Shown here piece after piece: positions 27,612 to 37,900 of a DNA stretch of 64,000 bases. The position numbers were made by a program, and so were the translations under genes. The DNA comes from Myxococcota bacterium (GTDB taxonomy: Bacteria > Myxococcota_A > UBA796 > CAJQPC01): assembly GCA_036229005.1 (NCBI GenBank), contig JAZAMN010000071.1:96001-160000 (forward strand), in the 5' to 3' direction. The notes beneath the pieces were generated by a model. It had not been told where the DNA came from. It searched no databases and saw only the letters and a list, made by a program, of their open reading frames with translations. The first letter of the stretch is position 1. Every line of letters starts with the position of its first letter.

Positions 27612-29357
27612 TCAGGCGGAGATCCGTCCAGAGGGCCCGTAGCCCCGCAGGGCGGCTCCCAGCGCCTCAAGCTGCACGGGCTTGGCCAGGAAGCCGTCCA
27701 TCCCGGCGTCCTCGCATGCGCTGCGGTCCTCTGCCATCGTGCCGGCAGTCATCGCGATGACCGGGAGGGTGTGCCCCAGCTCCCGGAGCTGCCGCGTGGC
27801 CTCCAGCCCATCCAACACCGGCATGTGCACGTCCATCAGCACCACGTCGAAGCGGGCGGAGAGCAGCGCCTCGACCGCCGCCTGACCATCCTCGACGATC
27901 ACGGGCTGCACCCCCAGCTTGCGCAGCAGCCGGTCGGCGACCATGCGGTTGACCGGGTTGTCTTCGGCCACCAGCACGCGGAGTCCGGTCGCGAGCTGTC
28001 CGACGCTGGACTCCGCCTGGGCGACAGGCTGCGGCCGCCCCGGAGGCGCGCTCACCGTGAACGAGAAGGTGCTCCCCTGCCCGGGCTCGGAGACCAGCTC
28101 GATCTCCCCGCCCATCAGCGACACGAGCTGCCGGGAGATGGCCAGCCCCAGCCCGGTCCCGCCGTAGCGGCGCGTGGTGCTCGCGTCGGCTTGGGAGAAG
28201 GGCTGGAAGAGCTGCTGCTGGGTCGCGAGCGGGATCCCGATGCCCGAGTCCTGGATCTGCACCTCCAGCAGATCTCCCCGCGGCTTCATCCTCAACACGA
28301 CGCCCCCAGTCGAGGTGAACTTGATGGCGTTGCCCAAGAGGTTCAGCAGCACCTGGCGCAGCCGCGTCGGGTCGCCCTTCACCCAGCCGGCGTCCTCCAC
28401 TTCGCTGCGGAAGTCCAACCCCTTGGCCGCCGCGGAGGGGCCCAACAGGCGCGCGACGCTGCGGGCGACCTCGGCCGGCTGGTAGTCCAGGGTCTCCAGC
28501 TCCAGGCGCCCGGCCTCGATCTTGGACAGATCCAGGATGTCATTGAGCAGGGCCACCAGGCTCTCGCCCGACGTGAGCACCGAGCCCAGGGTGTCCTGCT
28601 GCCTGGGGGAGAGTTCGCCTTCGTTCAGCAGCGCCTGGGTCAGGCCCAGCACGCCGTTCATGGGGGTGCGCAGCTCATGGCTCATGTTGGCCAGGAACGC
28701 GGACTTGGCTCGGTTGGCCTGATCCGCCTGTCGGCGGGCCTCGTCCAGATCCAGGCGCTGCCGCTCGTTGAGGGCGCTCTGAAAGCCCGCCAGGCCCATC
28801 AGGTAGAACAACAGCAGGCTGGAGGTGACCAGCAGTCGGCTGATCTCCGGCGCTCCATGGGGCGCGGGCTTGGGGAGCCAGCTCACGATGTGGCACAGCC
28901 AGGTGAGCAGGAAGGCACCGAGCAGCATCAGGGAGAGCTTGTAGGCCTGCCGGCGGCCCAGCAGGGCCATGGCTGTCAGCGGGATGCAGATGGCGTAGGT
29001 CACGGTGATGGTCGCGCGCAGGCCCCCGGTCGCCCACATCGAATAGAGCAGCGCGGGGCTGCACAGCCAGACCAGCACGCGCGCGGCGGTCTCGCGGTCC
29101 AGGCCCAGGCGCATGCCCAGGATCAGGCCGCCTGCGAGCAGCGCCATGCCACCGACGGCCACCGCCACCAGGGTGCCGCCGGCCCGCAGGATGGCCCAGC
29201 CGTTGAAGCTGCCGCCCACCACGACCAGGCTCAGGAGCAGCAGGGTCAGCCGGGCCCGGTAGAGGGAGTCGAGCTCCTGGCGGTCGCGCTCTGCGACGAA
29301 TCGATCCAGGACCCTCAGCACGCCGTCGATGTTGGGCACAAGCGGGAACACGGACAC
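27612..29357 (-). CDS. Membrane hybrid histidine kinase, paralog of the adjacent gene
   Basis: Same H, N and G boxes and REC motifs; 5-6 TM sensor region. Confidence 0.9.
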   Translation of the reverse strand: MSVFPLVPNIDGVLRVLDRFVAERDRQELDSLYRARLTLLLLSLVVVGGSFNGWAILRAGGTLVAVAVGGMALLAGGLILGMRLGLDRETAARVLVWLCSPALLYSMWATGGLRATITVTYAICIPLTAMALLGRRQAYKLSLMLLGAFLLTWLCHIVSWLPKPAPHGAPEISRLLVTSSLLLFYLMGLAGFQSALNERQRLDLDEARRQADQANRAKSAFLANMSHELRTPMNGVLGLTQALLNEGELSPRQQDTLGSVLTSGESLVALLNDILDLSKIEAGRLELETLDYQPAEVARSVARLLGPSAAAKGLDFRSEVEDAGWVKGDPTRLRQVLLNLLGNAIKFTSTGGVVLRMKPRGDLLEVQIQDSGIGIPLATQQQLFQPFSQADASTTRRYGGTGLGLAISRQLVSLMGGEIELVSEPGQGSTFSFTVSAPPGRPQPVAQAESSVGQLATGLRVLVAEDNPVNRMVADRLLRKLGVQPVIVEDGQAAVEALLSARFDVVLMDVHMPVLDGLEATRQLRELGHTLPVIAMTAGTMAEDRSACEDAGMDGFLAKPVQLEALGAALRGYGPSGRISA

Positions 29358-29445
29358 ATCATCGGCTGAAGCGAGCCCAAAGTGGACGCATTCGTGACTG
29401 GACGTACACCACCCTGGCCCCTAAATTCAGGGCCCCGGAGGCCCC

Positions 29446-30390
29446 ATGCTGCTCGCCCTGACCCACCTCGCGCTCGCCCAGACTGTGCCTCCGCCCATGG
29501 TCAACGGGTCGACGACCTCGGACCACCCGCAGGTCGGATCGCTGGTCATGTACTGGTCCGGCCAAGGCGGTGGGTCCTTCTGCTCTGGCACCCTGATCCA
29601 CCCCGGCTGGGTCCTGACCGCGGCGCATTGCGTGGACGCGGCGGAGAGCTACGACCGTCAGGGCGCCGACATCTACTTCTGGATGGCGCCCAGCGTGTAC
29701 GACCAGAGCGGGCTCGTGGACTACGCCACGGTCGGGGACTACCACACCCACCCCACCTGGACCGGCGAGCTCAGCGGCGGGGACTGGGACCTGGGCCTGC
29801 TGGAGCTGGAGACCGAGATCACCAGCGTGGACCCCATGGCCGTCAACCAGGAGTCCCTGAGCGGCTGGGAGGGCACCGAGCTGACCTTCCTGGGCTACGG
29901 CGTGACCTCGGACAACGGCAACGGCGGCGGCATCAAGCGCTACACCGAGATCCCCATCTACGAGGTCGCCAACGAGGTCGTGTACGCCTACGACAACGTG
30001 CAGAACCTCTGCTCGGGCGACAGCGGCGGTGCGGGCCTGTACCAGGACGCCGCCGGGGACTGGAGCATCGTCTCGGTCAACAGCTTTGTGTACTCGGTCC
30101 AGAGCGGCAGCACCTCCTGCGTGGGGGGTGGCTCGGGCTCCGCCCGCATCGACACCGCCTACGACTGGATCGAGGAGCTGGTCCCCCTGGACGAGGTCGG
30201 GTACGCACCCGAGGCCCTCGCAGTGGATGACCCCAACCGCGTGGACACCGGGGACCCCTCGGACCCCTATGACAACGGACTCGACGTCGAGGCCACCGGT
30301 CTGCTGGGCTGCGCGCAGGTCCCCACCCAGGGCGTCGCCTGGCTGGGGCTGCTGGCGGGATTTGGGCTGCTGTTCCGTCGCCGGGACTGA
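29446..30390 (+). CDS. S1 (chymotrypsin-fold) serine protease with MYXO-CTERM-like tail
   Basis: PPPMVNG, CSGTLI, TAAHC, DLGL, CSGDSGG; GC..TM..RRR tail. Confidence 0.9.
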   Translation: MLLALTHLALAQTVPPPMVNGSTTSDHPQVGSLVMYWSGQGGGSFCSGTLIHPGWVLTAAHCVDAAESYDRQGADIYFWMAPSVYDQSGLVDYATVGDYHTHPTWTGELSGGDWDLGLLELETEITSVDPMAVNQESLSGWEGTELTFLGYGVTSDNGNGGGIKRYTEIPIYEVANEVVYAYDNVQNLCSGDSGGAGLYQDAAGDWSIVSVNSFVYSVQSGSTSCVGGGSGSARIDTAYDWIEELVPLDEVGYAPEALAVDDPNRVDTGDPSDPYDNGLDVEATGLLGCAQVPTQGVAWLGLLAGFGLLFRRRD

Positions 30391-30406
30391 GTGCTAAGCT
30401 GGGCGC

Positions 30407-31294
30407 ATGCTCAGCCTGCTCTCCTCTCTCACCATTGCCCAGGTACCTCCTCCCATTGTCAACGGCGAGGCCACCACCGAGCACCCCCAGGTGGGCGTGC
30501 TCTACCTGGACCAGCCCGGCAGCGACTGGGGCTTCTGCTCGGCCAGCCTGATCGCGCCGCAGTGGATCCTGACCGCCGCCCACTGCATCGAGGCCGCCGC
30601 CAGCTTCGACCAGGAGGACCTGGGCTTCGCCCTGACCAGCGACCTGCGCTGGGACGAAGCCCCTCTGGCACGCGTCCAGATCGAGTCCTGGCAGACCCAC
30701 CCCGACTGGGACGGCACCTGGGACGAGGGCGGAGACCTGGGCGTGATGAAGCTCGCCGAGCCCATCACCGACGTGGAGCCCCTGGCCCTCAACACGCTGC
30801 CCATGGAGGGCTGGGAGGGCACCGAGCTGGTGCACGTGGGCTTCGGCGTGACCTCCGACGGCGGCAAGGACTCGGGCACCAAGCGCATGGCGACGCTGCC
30901 GGTCCAGTACGTGCTGGACGCCGCGTTCATCTCCTACAAGGAGGGCCAGAACGTCTGCAACGGGGACAGCGGCGGGCCCTCGCTGCTCCAGGACCCCCAG
31001 ACCGGCGACTGGAGCATCGTGGGGGTGGCCGTGGCCGCGACCGCGTACTCCGGGCCCGACCCCTGCGCGGACGGCCAGGCCGGCTCTACGCGGGTGGACC
31101 TGACCGGGGACTGGATCGCCGAGGCCACCTACGAGCCCGAGCCCCAGGACACCGGGAGCGTCGACACGGGAGACCCCACGCCGCCGACCGAGGAGAGCTC
31201 CCGCCTGAGCTGCGCCCAGGTCCCCGCCCAGGGCGTCGCCTGGCTGGGCCTGCTGGCGGGCCTGGGGCTGCTGTTCCGTCGCCGGGACCCTTGA
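30407..31294 (+). CDS. S1 serine protease with MYXO-CTERM-like tail
   Basis: PPPIVNG, TAAHC, DLGV, CNGDSGGP; SC..TM..RRR tail. Confidence 0.9.
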   Translation: MLSLLSSLTIAQVPPPIVNGEATTEHPQVGVLYLDQPGSDWGFCSASLIAPQWILTAAHCIEAAASFDQEDLGFALTSDLRWDEAPLARVQIESWQTHPDWDGTWDEGGDLGVMKLAEPITDVEPLALNTLPMEGWEGTELVHVGFGVTSDGGKDSGTKRMATLPVQYVLDAAFISYKEGQNVCNGDSGGPSLLQDPQTGDWSIVGVAVAATAYSGPDPCADGQAGSTRVDLTGDWIAEATYEPEPQDTGSVDTGDPTPPTEESSRLSCAQVPAQGVAWLGLLAGLGLLFRRRDP

Positions 31295-31315
31295 GCCCAC
31301 CGCAACAGCTCTGCC

Positions 31316-33733
31316 CTAAGGCTTGGACTCCAGGGCCACCCGGTCCCGCTCGCTGAGGCCCTCGGCCAGGGAGCGCGGCTTGGGCGGGTGGGTGCCCAGA
31401 GCGCGGGCCAGCGCCCGGCGGCCAAGCCACGCCAGCAGCTTCCAGCCGTTGGTGCCGGCCTCCACCACCACCGCGCTGGCCAGCTCCTGGGCGCGCTCGG
31501 TGTCCCGGGCGACCTGGGCGGCGCGGCTGAGCTGCAGGTTGATGCGCAGGCGCAGGATGGGGCTGGCCAGATCGACCACCGCCTGGGCCCGCTGGAGGGC
31601 CTTGGTGTAGCCGCGGCGGTCCCCGACGCGGGCGGAGCAGCGCGCCTGGATCGCGGCCGCCAACGCCGACTCTTCTGGGGCGACGCCGGCCTCGACCCGG
31701 TTCAGGGCGCGCCCGACGCGGTCCAGCGCGGAGCTCGCGGCGGCGCGGCTGTCGGGGCGCTTGTCCAGGGTGGCGACGGCGCGCCACAGGTGCGCGTTCC
31801 GGCGGGCGTGGGGCCGCCCCTGGGCGCGGGCCAGGGCCACCGCGTCGGCCAGGCGGGCCTCGGCCAGGCGGAGCTGCCCCTGCTCCAGCAGGATCAAGCC
31901 CAGCTCGGCCTGGATGGCCAGCTCCAGGCCCCGGTCCTTGCCGGCGCGGGCGCCCTCCAGCAGCTCCTGAGCCGCCTCCCGGGCGCGGGCCAGCACGCCG
32001 CGCAGGTGCATGTGCTGGATCTGGTCCAGGACCTCCAGGGGGTCGGTGGGGCCCTGCTGGGGATCCAGCGGCGCGTCGCCGGCGGAGGCCTGGCCCAGCG
32101 CGACCCGGTGGGGGTGCGCCTTCCAGGGCTGACCGCGGCGCTCGTAGGCGACCGCGGCGCGCCTGTGCAGTGCCTCGACGTCGGGCAGCAGCGCCAAGGC
32201 GGCCCGAGCGGCCAGCTCACCCCGAGGGGTCTGCCGACCTTCGTGGATGGCCACCAGGCCCTCCTCCTCCAGCAGCAGCAGCGGGTCGCGGACGGGCACC
32301 TGGGCGACCTCCTCGACCAGATCGCGGCCCACGGGCTCCCCGAGCACGGCGATGGCGCCCAGCACGTCCAGAGCCTCCAGGGGGAGCTCCTCGACGGCGT
32401 CCAGGATCAGGGGGGGCGGCTCCAACGGCTCGGGCAAGACCAGGCAGGCGCCGTCGCGGTGGGCCTCCAGGACGGCCAGCAGCCACGCGGGGTGTCCGGC
32501 GGTGGCGCGGTAGAGGCGCTCGGCGACCAGGTGGGGCTCGGGGGTGTCCGGGGCGACGGAGACCACGGTACGGCGCAGATCGGCGGGCCCCACGGGGTCC
32601 AGGACCACCTTGAGGACCTCCAGGTCGTCCGGGACCTTGAAGCGGGTCGCGAGCGCAAGTGCCTCGCCTGCGCGCAGTCGCTTGATCCCCGCGTTGAGGG
32701 TGGGCTTGTCCCGAGCGGTGAGCAACGGCACCCCCAGGCTCCCCGCCAGCTCCTCGACCACCTGGAGCAGCCAGCTCCGGCCGCTGCCCGAGACGCCGAC
32801 GGAGCGGATGACCAGCCCCTCACCGGCCTGGACGCGCAGCAGCCCCTCGCGCACCTGATCCACGTAGCGGCGGCGCCCGGCCAGGGGAGGTGGGGCCTTG
32901 GCGTCGTCGCTGTCCTGGAGCAGGCGTCCGGCCTGGGCGGCGCTCTGGGGGCGGTCGTCAGGGTCCTTGGCCATCAGGCGCTCGACGACGCAGGCCAGCG
33001 AGGTGGGGACGCTGGGGTCGATGCTGCTGACGCTGGGGACGGGCTCGTGCAGGTGTGCGCGGACCACCTGCTCGCGCTCGCGCCCGGGGTAGGGAGGCTT
33101 GCCGGTGAGCAGGGCGAACAGGGTGCAGCCCAGACCGTAGAGATCGGCGCGGCCGTCCACGGAGTCGCCGCGGAGCTGCTCGGGGGCGCAGTAGTTGGTG
33201 GTGCCGATCAGCACGCCGGCGCGGGTGCGCTCGGCGATCTCGGGGTCCCGGATCACGCCAAAGTCGGAGAGCAGGATGCGGCCGCTCTCCTCCATCAGCA
33301 CGTTGGAGGGCTTGACGTCGCGGTGGACGATCTCGGCCTGGTGCACGCGCTCCAGGGCGTCGCAGAGCGCGACGCCGATGCGCCGGGTCTCGCTGTAGCG
33401 CTCGTGGGCGGGCCGCAGGCGCAGCTTGTCCGCGTAGACCCAGAGGTCCTGGCCCTCCACGTACTCCATGACCAGGTAGGGCCGCCCGTCCTGCATGCCG
33501 TCATCGACGTAGCGGACGATGTTGGGGTGCCGCAGGGTGCGCAGCGCCCGGACCTCGGACTGGAAGCGCTGGACGACGCGCCCGGTGGAGCGCTCCAGCC
33601 ACTTGAGGGCGACCTCGACCCCCTGGGGGCTCACGCACAGGTACACCGCGGCCATGCCCCCCCGCCCCAGCAGGCGCAGGGGCAGGTAGGGACCGATGGC
33701 CTCTGGGAAGCGCTCTTCGGGCTCGGTGCTCAT
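31316..33733 (-). CDS. Ser/Thr kinase + degenerate STAND-like ATPase + helical/TPR-like region
   Basis: GRGGMAAV, HRDVKPSN, DFG; LAGR, GVSGSGRS, TAGHP; start ATG 33733. Confidence 0.85.
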   Translation of the reverse strand: MSTEPEERFPEAIGPYLPLRLLGRGGMAAVYLCVSPQGVEVALKWLERSTGRVVQRFQSEVRALRTLRHPNIVRYVDDGMQDGRPYLVMEYVEGQDLWVYADKLRLRPAHERYSETRRIGVALCDALERVHQAEIVHRDVKPSNVLMEESGRILLSDFGVIRDPEIAERTRAGVLIGTTNYCAPEQLRGDSVDGRADLYGLGCTLFALLTGKPPYPGREREQVVRAHLHEPVPSVSSIDPSVPTSLACVVERLMAKDPDDRPQSAAQAGRLLQDSDDAKAPPPLAGRRRYVDQVREGLLRVQAGEGLVIRSVGVSGSGRSWLLQVVEELAGSLGVPLLTARDKPTLNAGIKRLRAGEALALATRFKVPDDLEVLKVVLDPVGPADLRRTVVSVAPDTPEPHLVAERLYRATAGHPAWLLAVLEAHRDGACLVLPEPLEPPPLILDAVEELPLEALDVLGAIAVLGEPVGRDLVEEVAQVPVRDPLLLLEEEGLVAIHEGRQTPRGELAARAALALLPDVEALHRRAAVAYERRGQPWKAHPHRVALGQASAGDAPLDPQQGPTDPLEVLDQIQHMHLRGVLARAREAAQELLEGARAGKDRGLELAIQAELGLILLEQGQLRLAEARLADAVALARAQGRPHARRNAHLWRAVATLDKRPDSRAAASSALDRVGRALNRVEAGVAPEESALAAAIQARCSARVGDRRGYTKALQRAQAVVDLASPILRLRINLQLSRAAQVARDTERAQELASAVVVEAGTNGWKLLAWLGRRALARALGTHPPKPRSLAEGLSERDRVALESKP

Positions 33734-33793
33734 GAGGGCGCAGACTATAAGCCGCCAGCGCCCCCCCGGTGAGCTGGCACGCACCTGTTTCCG

Positions 33794-34666
33794 TCAGCCC
33801 CCGGTGGCCATGAGCTGGAGCTCGGCGATCTGCACCTCGTGGCCGCTGCCCCAGGTGCTGCTGAACTCCAGCTTGACCGGTCCGCTGCAGGAGCCGGTGT
33901 GCCCGGACTGGTGGCAGACGGGCAGCTCGATCCACTGCACGGCGCCCGTGTTGGCCAGGGTGTGCTGGCGCGTGAAGCCCCCCACCGTCACCCAGACCGT
34001 CTCCGGCCGGTTCGCGGGCCCGCCCTGGACGCCGATCCGGGAGAGCAACATGCCCTCGGCGTTGGTGCTCAGGCTCGCCCCGGTCTCGGCCTTGAACACG
34101 GTCTCGTGCTTGCCATCGCTGACCTCGCGGATGCCGGCGGGGGCCTTCCAGACAGCGGGGACCGGGCGGTCCCGGAGGTGGAGGAAGAGCTCGGAGATCG
34201 CCAGATCCTCGTCCACCTCTCCGGGCTGGAGTCCCCGCACGTGCACCCGGACCACATTGCGCGCCGACGAGGACAGGCTGACCGGCTCGAACTCCCGGCG
34301 CTGGACGCCGCGGGTGTCCTTGAGCTCGATCTGGCGGGTGGCGACCACCTTGGGGGGCGCGTGGCCCTCGATGAACTCCAGCTCGACGCTGCGAACGTGG
34401 GGGTGCTCGTCCCACTGGGGGCCGTCCCAACCGGCGGTCATGCTCAGGGCGGTGACGCGCACGGGGCCGGGGGGCAGGCTCACCTCCACGAACTGGCCGG
34501 TGGCGTCCTCTCCCTGGGGGACCTGCCAGGCGGTCGCGAGGTCACCGTCCGAGAGGCGCCCGAGGGTGCTCGCCAGGTCCTGGGAGGCGGAGAGCCCGGC
34601 GAAGGCGGCGCCGGGGAGGGTGAGGCCGACGGCCAGGATGCGGGGGGAGAGCGGGAATCTGGGCAT
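33794..34666 (-). CDS. Secreted hypothetical protein, possibly two discoidin/galactose-binding-like domains
   Basis: Signal peptide; LSDGDLATAW..GQFVEV..ISEL and a second SDGKHETVF..IAEL unit. Confidence 0.6.
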   Translation of the reverse strand: MPRFPLSPRILAVGLTLPGAAFAGLSASQDLASTLGRLSDGDLATAWQVPQGEDATGQFVEVSLPPGPVRVTALSMTAGWDGPQWDEHPHVRSVELEFIEGHAPPKVVATRQIELKDTRGVQRREFEPVSLSSSARNVVRVHVRGLQPGEVDEDLAISELFLHLRDRPVPAVWKAPAGIREVSDGKHETVFKAETGASLSTNAEGMLLSRIGVQGGPANRPETVWVTVGGFTRQHTLANTGAVQWIELPVCHQSGHTGSCSGPVKLEFSSTWGSGHEVQIAELQLMATGG

Positions 34667-34680
34667 TGAGGGAGGGTACC

Positions 34681-34954
34681 GCGGGCGCAACCCGGGGTGA
34701 ATGCACCGGATGCGGGCTCAACCTGGGGTGAATGCACCGGGTGCGGGCTCAACCTGGGGTGAATGCACCAGGCGCGGGCTCAACCCGGGGTGAATGCACC
34801 GGGCGCGGGCTCAACCCGGGGTGAATGCACCCGATTCGGGCGCGTGGCCGCGTGAGAGCGGCCTGGATGGTGCACTCGGTGGGGGTTGAGTCGGAGAGAG
34901 GTGCACTCGGATGGGGTTGAGTCGGAGACCGGTGCACTCAGATGGGGTTGAGCC
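34681..34954. repeat. Bipartite inverted 31-bp repeat element, locus 2 (5 units + spacer + 3 inverted units)
   Basis: GCGGGCKCAACCYGGGGTGAATGCACC at 34681/34712/34743/34774/34805; GTGCACTC..GGGGTTGAG at 34870/34901/34932. Confidence 0.95.
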
Positions 34955-37900
34955 CTACTCCCACTCCGGCAGCTCGCCCTTGAGGCTCTCGGCGATGGCG
35001 TCGGCCTCGCTGGCCCAGGCCTGGGCGTCCTGGGGGCGCTCGGCCAGGGCGGCGAGCAGGCGCCGGGCCTCCAGATCCAGCAGCTTGAGGCCACGGGCGG
35101 AGGACAGGTGGGCGGCGTCGCGGGCCAGGCGCTCGGCCTCGTCGTTGACCAGCAGCACGGCGTAGGCGCGGGCGCACTCCATGAGCACGCGGGCGCGGCG
35201 GGGGACGGGCAGCTTTCCGACGCCGTACTCCGCGGTCTTGAGCATGCGGCGGGCGTCCCCGGCGTCCCCGGTCAGGGCGCAGGCCCAGGCGCTGAGGGCG
35301 ACCAGGGCGGGCAGGTAGGACTCGGGGTCCTGCTTGCGGGCCAGGTTGCGGGCGATGGCCAGGTGGGACTCGGTGGTGCCGGGATCGCCGATGCGCGCGG
35401 ACAGGCGGGCCAGGGAGAAGCGGCAGGCGATGGTCTCCTGGAACACGCCCAGGGGCTGGACTTCGGAGAGGGCCTGGCCCAGGGCCTTGCGGGCGCCGCT
35501 GTCGTCGCCGGCCTCCAGGAGGGCCTCGCCGTAGACGCGCAGAGCGGAGCCGCGGCCCACGCGGAAGTGGATCTCCTCGGCCAGGCTGCGGGCCTCCAGG
35601 GCGATGCGCTGGGCCTCGCGGAGCTGCCCCTGCCAGGTGCGCATCTCGGCCAGGTTGGTCAGGGCGACGCAGCGGCTGTCCTTCTGGCCGAGCTCCTTGA
35701 ACAGGGCCTCGGCCTGCTCCAGCCCGCGGGAGGCCAGGTGGATCTGGCCCTGGGCGGCCTGGGCGGCGGACAGGGCGACCTGCAGGTCCCCGCGCACCAC
35801 GTCGCGGCGGCCGCACATGAGCAGGCCCTCCTCGGACAGGGACTGGACGGCCTCCAGGTCGCCGGTCTCGAAGGCCAGGGCGGCGCGGGCGTAGAGCGCC
35901 TCGGCCACGGCAGCGCGCAGGCGCCCCTGGCGGGCCTCCTTGAGGGCCAGGTCCACCTGGTCGATGGCCTTGATGGGCTGCTCCATGCGGGCCAGGCAGC
36001 GGCCCAGGGTGGCGCGGGCGCGCACGGCGGCGGCGTGAGGTCCGTGCCCCTCCAGCCCGCGCAGCAGCCCCAGGCAGGTCTTGCGGCAGTCCTCCCACTC
36101 CCCGCGCAGGTAGAGGATGGCGGCGCGCACACCCAGGAGCTGGGTGCGGGCCTCGCGGAAGGCGGCGGGGCCCAGGTCGGTGGCGGCCATCTCCTCTACC
36201 GCCATGGCTCGCGTGGACAGGTCCCAGGCCAGCCGGGGCATGGAGCGCCCCTGCATGCGCTCGGCGGCGTCGCTCAGGTAGACGAAGGCCTTGCCCGCCT
36301 CCCCCGCCAGGCGGAAGTGCTCGCCCACCTGCTCCAGGTAGCGGGGGTCGACCTGGGCGGCCTCCTCCAGAGAGAGGGCCAGGGCGCGGTGCAGCTCCAC
36401 CCGCCGCTCGGTGTCCAGGGCGCGGTAGACCACGTCGGCCTGCAGGCGGTGGGCGGTCTCGTGGATCACCTGGTGACCCCGACGGCGCTCGCGGATCAGC
36501 CCGCTGGTGATCAGCGCGTCGAGCTGATCCAGGACGTCGTCCTCGTCTTTGCCCAGGACCTCCAGCAGGTGGTCCAGGTCCAGAGGCCCGGAGTTGACCG
36601 CCAGCACTTCGAGCACCGCCCGCTCCGCTCCCCCCAGGTCCCGAAGGCGCTGGGCCACGACCTGCTGGACTCCGCGGGGGATCTCCAGGTGGCCGGTGCG
36701 CACCTCTTCGGTGTCGGCGGCCAGGCGCAGGCCCTTGGGGGTGGGCTCGATCAGGCCGCTCTGGAGCAGGGACTCCAGGAACTGGGAGATGAAGAGAGGG
36801 TTGCCCTCGGTCTCCTTGTGCAGGCGCCTGGCCAGCGCCTGGGAGCGCCCGGAGTCGCCCAGCAGCGTGCGCACCAGGGTCTCCACGGCGACCATGGACA
36901 GGGGCTCCAGCCGGATCTGGCGGGGGGTCACGCCCAGCTCCTGGCCGTCCAGCAGCGCCTGGGTGTCGCGCCGCAGCCCGCCCTCTTGCACCGAGAGCAC
37001 CACCAGCAGGGGCTGACCGGCGGCCACCAGCGAGCGGATCAGGGTCTCCAGCAGGTCCACGCCGCGCCGGGGGAGCTCCTGGACGTCGTCAAAGAGCAGC
37101 GCCCGGGGGCCCTTCTCCAGAAGCTGCGCCATCACCGGACGCAGGCGGTCGGTCAGGCGGTAGAGCGCGTCGCCGTGGGCCCGGCCATCCTTGAGCTCGC
37201 GGACGGCCTCCTCCAGCTCGTGGGCGTGGGGGGCGGCCTCCAGCACCTGCTCGCACAGCGTCAGCAGGCCGTAGAGGTTCTCCCGGCGGGGCGACAGGCG
37301 GTGCACCGGGATGCCGATGGCGCCGGCGCGGTGTTCGGCGGCGTCCAGCAGGCGCGTGCGGCCCATGCCCACCCGACCGCGCAGCGTGACCACCCCACCC
37401 TCGCGCACGGTGAGGCGATCGACGGCGTCCTGCAGCAGCTCCAGCTCGGCCCCGCGACCGACCAGCGGCGGCACCCAGTCCTCGTCGCCGACCTCGGGCC
37501 GATCGGGCTGTAGCTGCTCCAGGCGGTAGAGGATCTCGCGGGCGGACTGGAAGCGGTCCTTGGGCGACTTCTCCAGCAGCTTGGAGCAGATCTCGTCCAG
37601 GTGCTTGGGGACCTTTGGCTCCAGATCCCGGGGCGAAGGCGGCTTCTGCTTGGTGTGCGCCTCCAGGTACCCGGCCATGTCCTTGGCGTCGAAGGGCCGG
37701 TAGCCCGTCAACATCGCGAAGAGCAGGATGCCCAGGGAGTACAGGTCCGAGCGGTGGTCGATGGCCCCGCCGGTGATCTGCTCGGGGCTGGCGTAGGCCC
37801 AGGTGCCCACCAGGGTCCCGGAGCGGAAGGCGTCGTCCGGGTCCAGGTCCTTGACGATGCCGAAGTCGGTCAGCTTGGCCCGCCCCTGGGGGTCGATCAG

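Noticed and set aside
33775..33790. TGGCACG as a second sigma54 promoter
   Set aside because: The -12 element reads TGTT rather than TTGC, and it points antisense into a gene end
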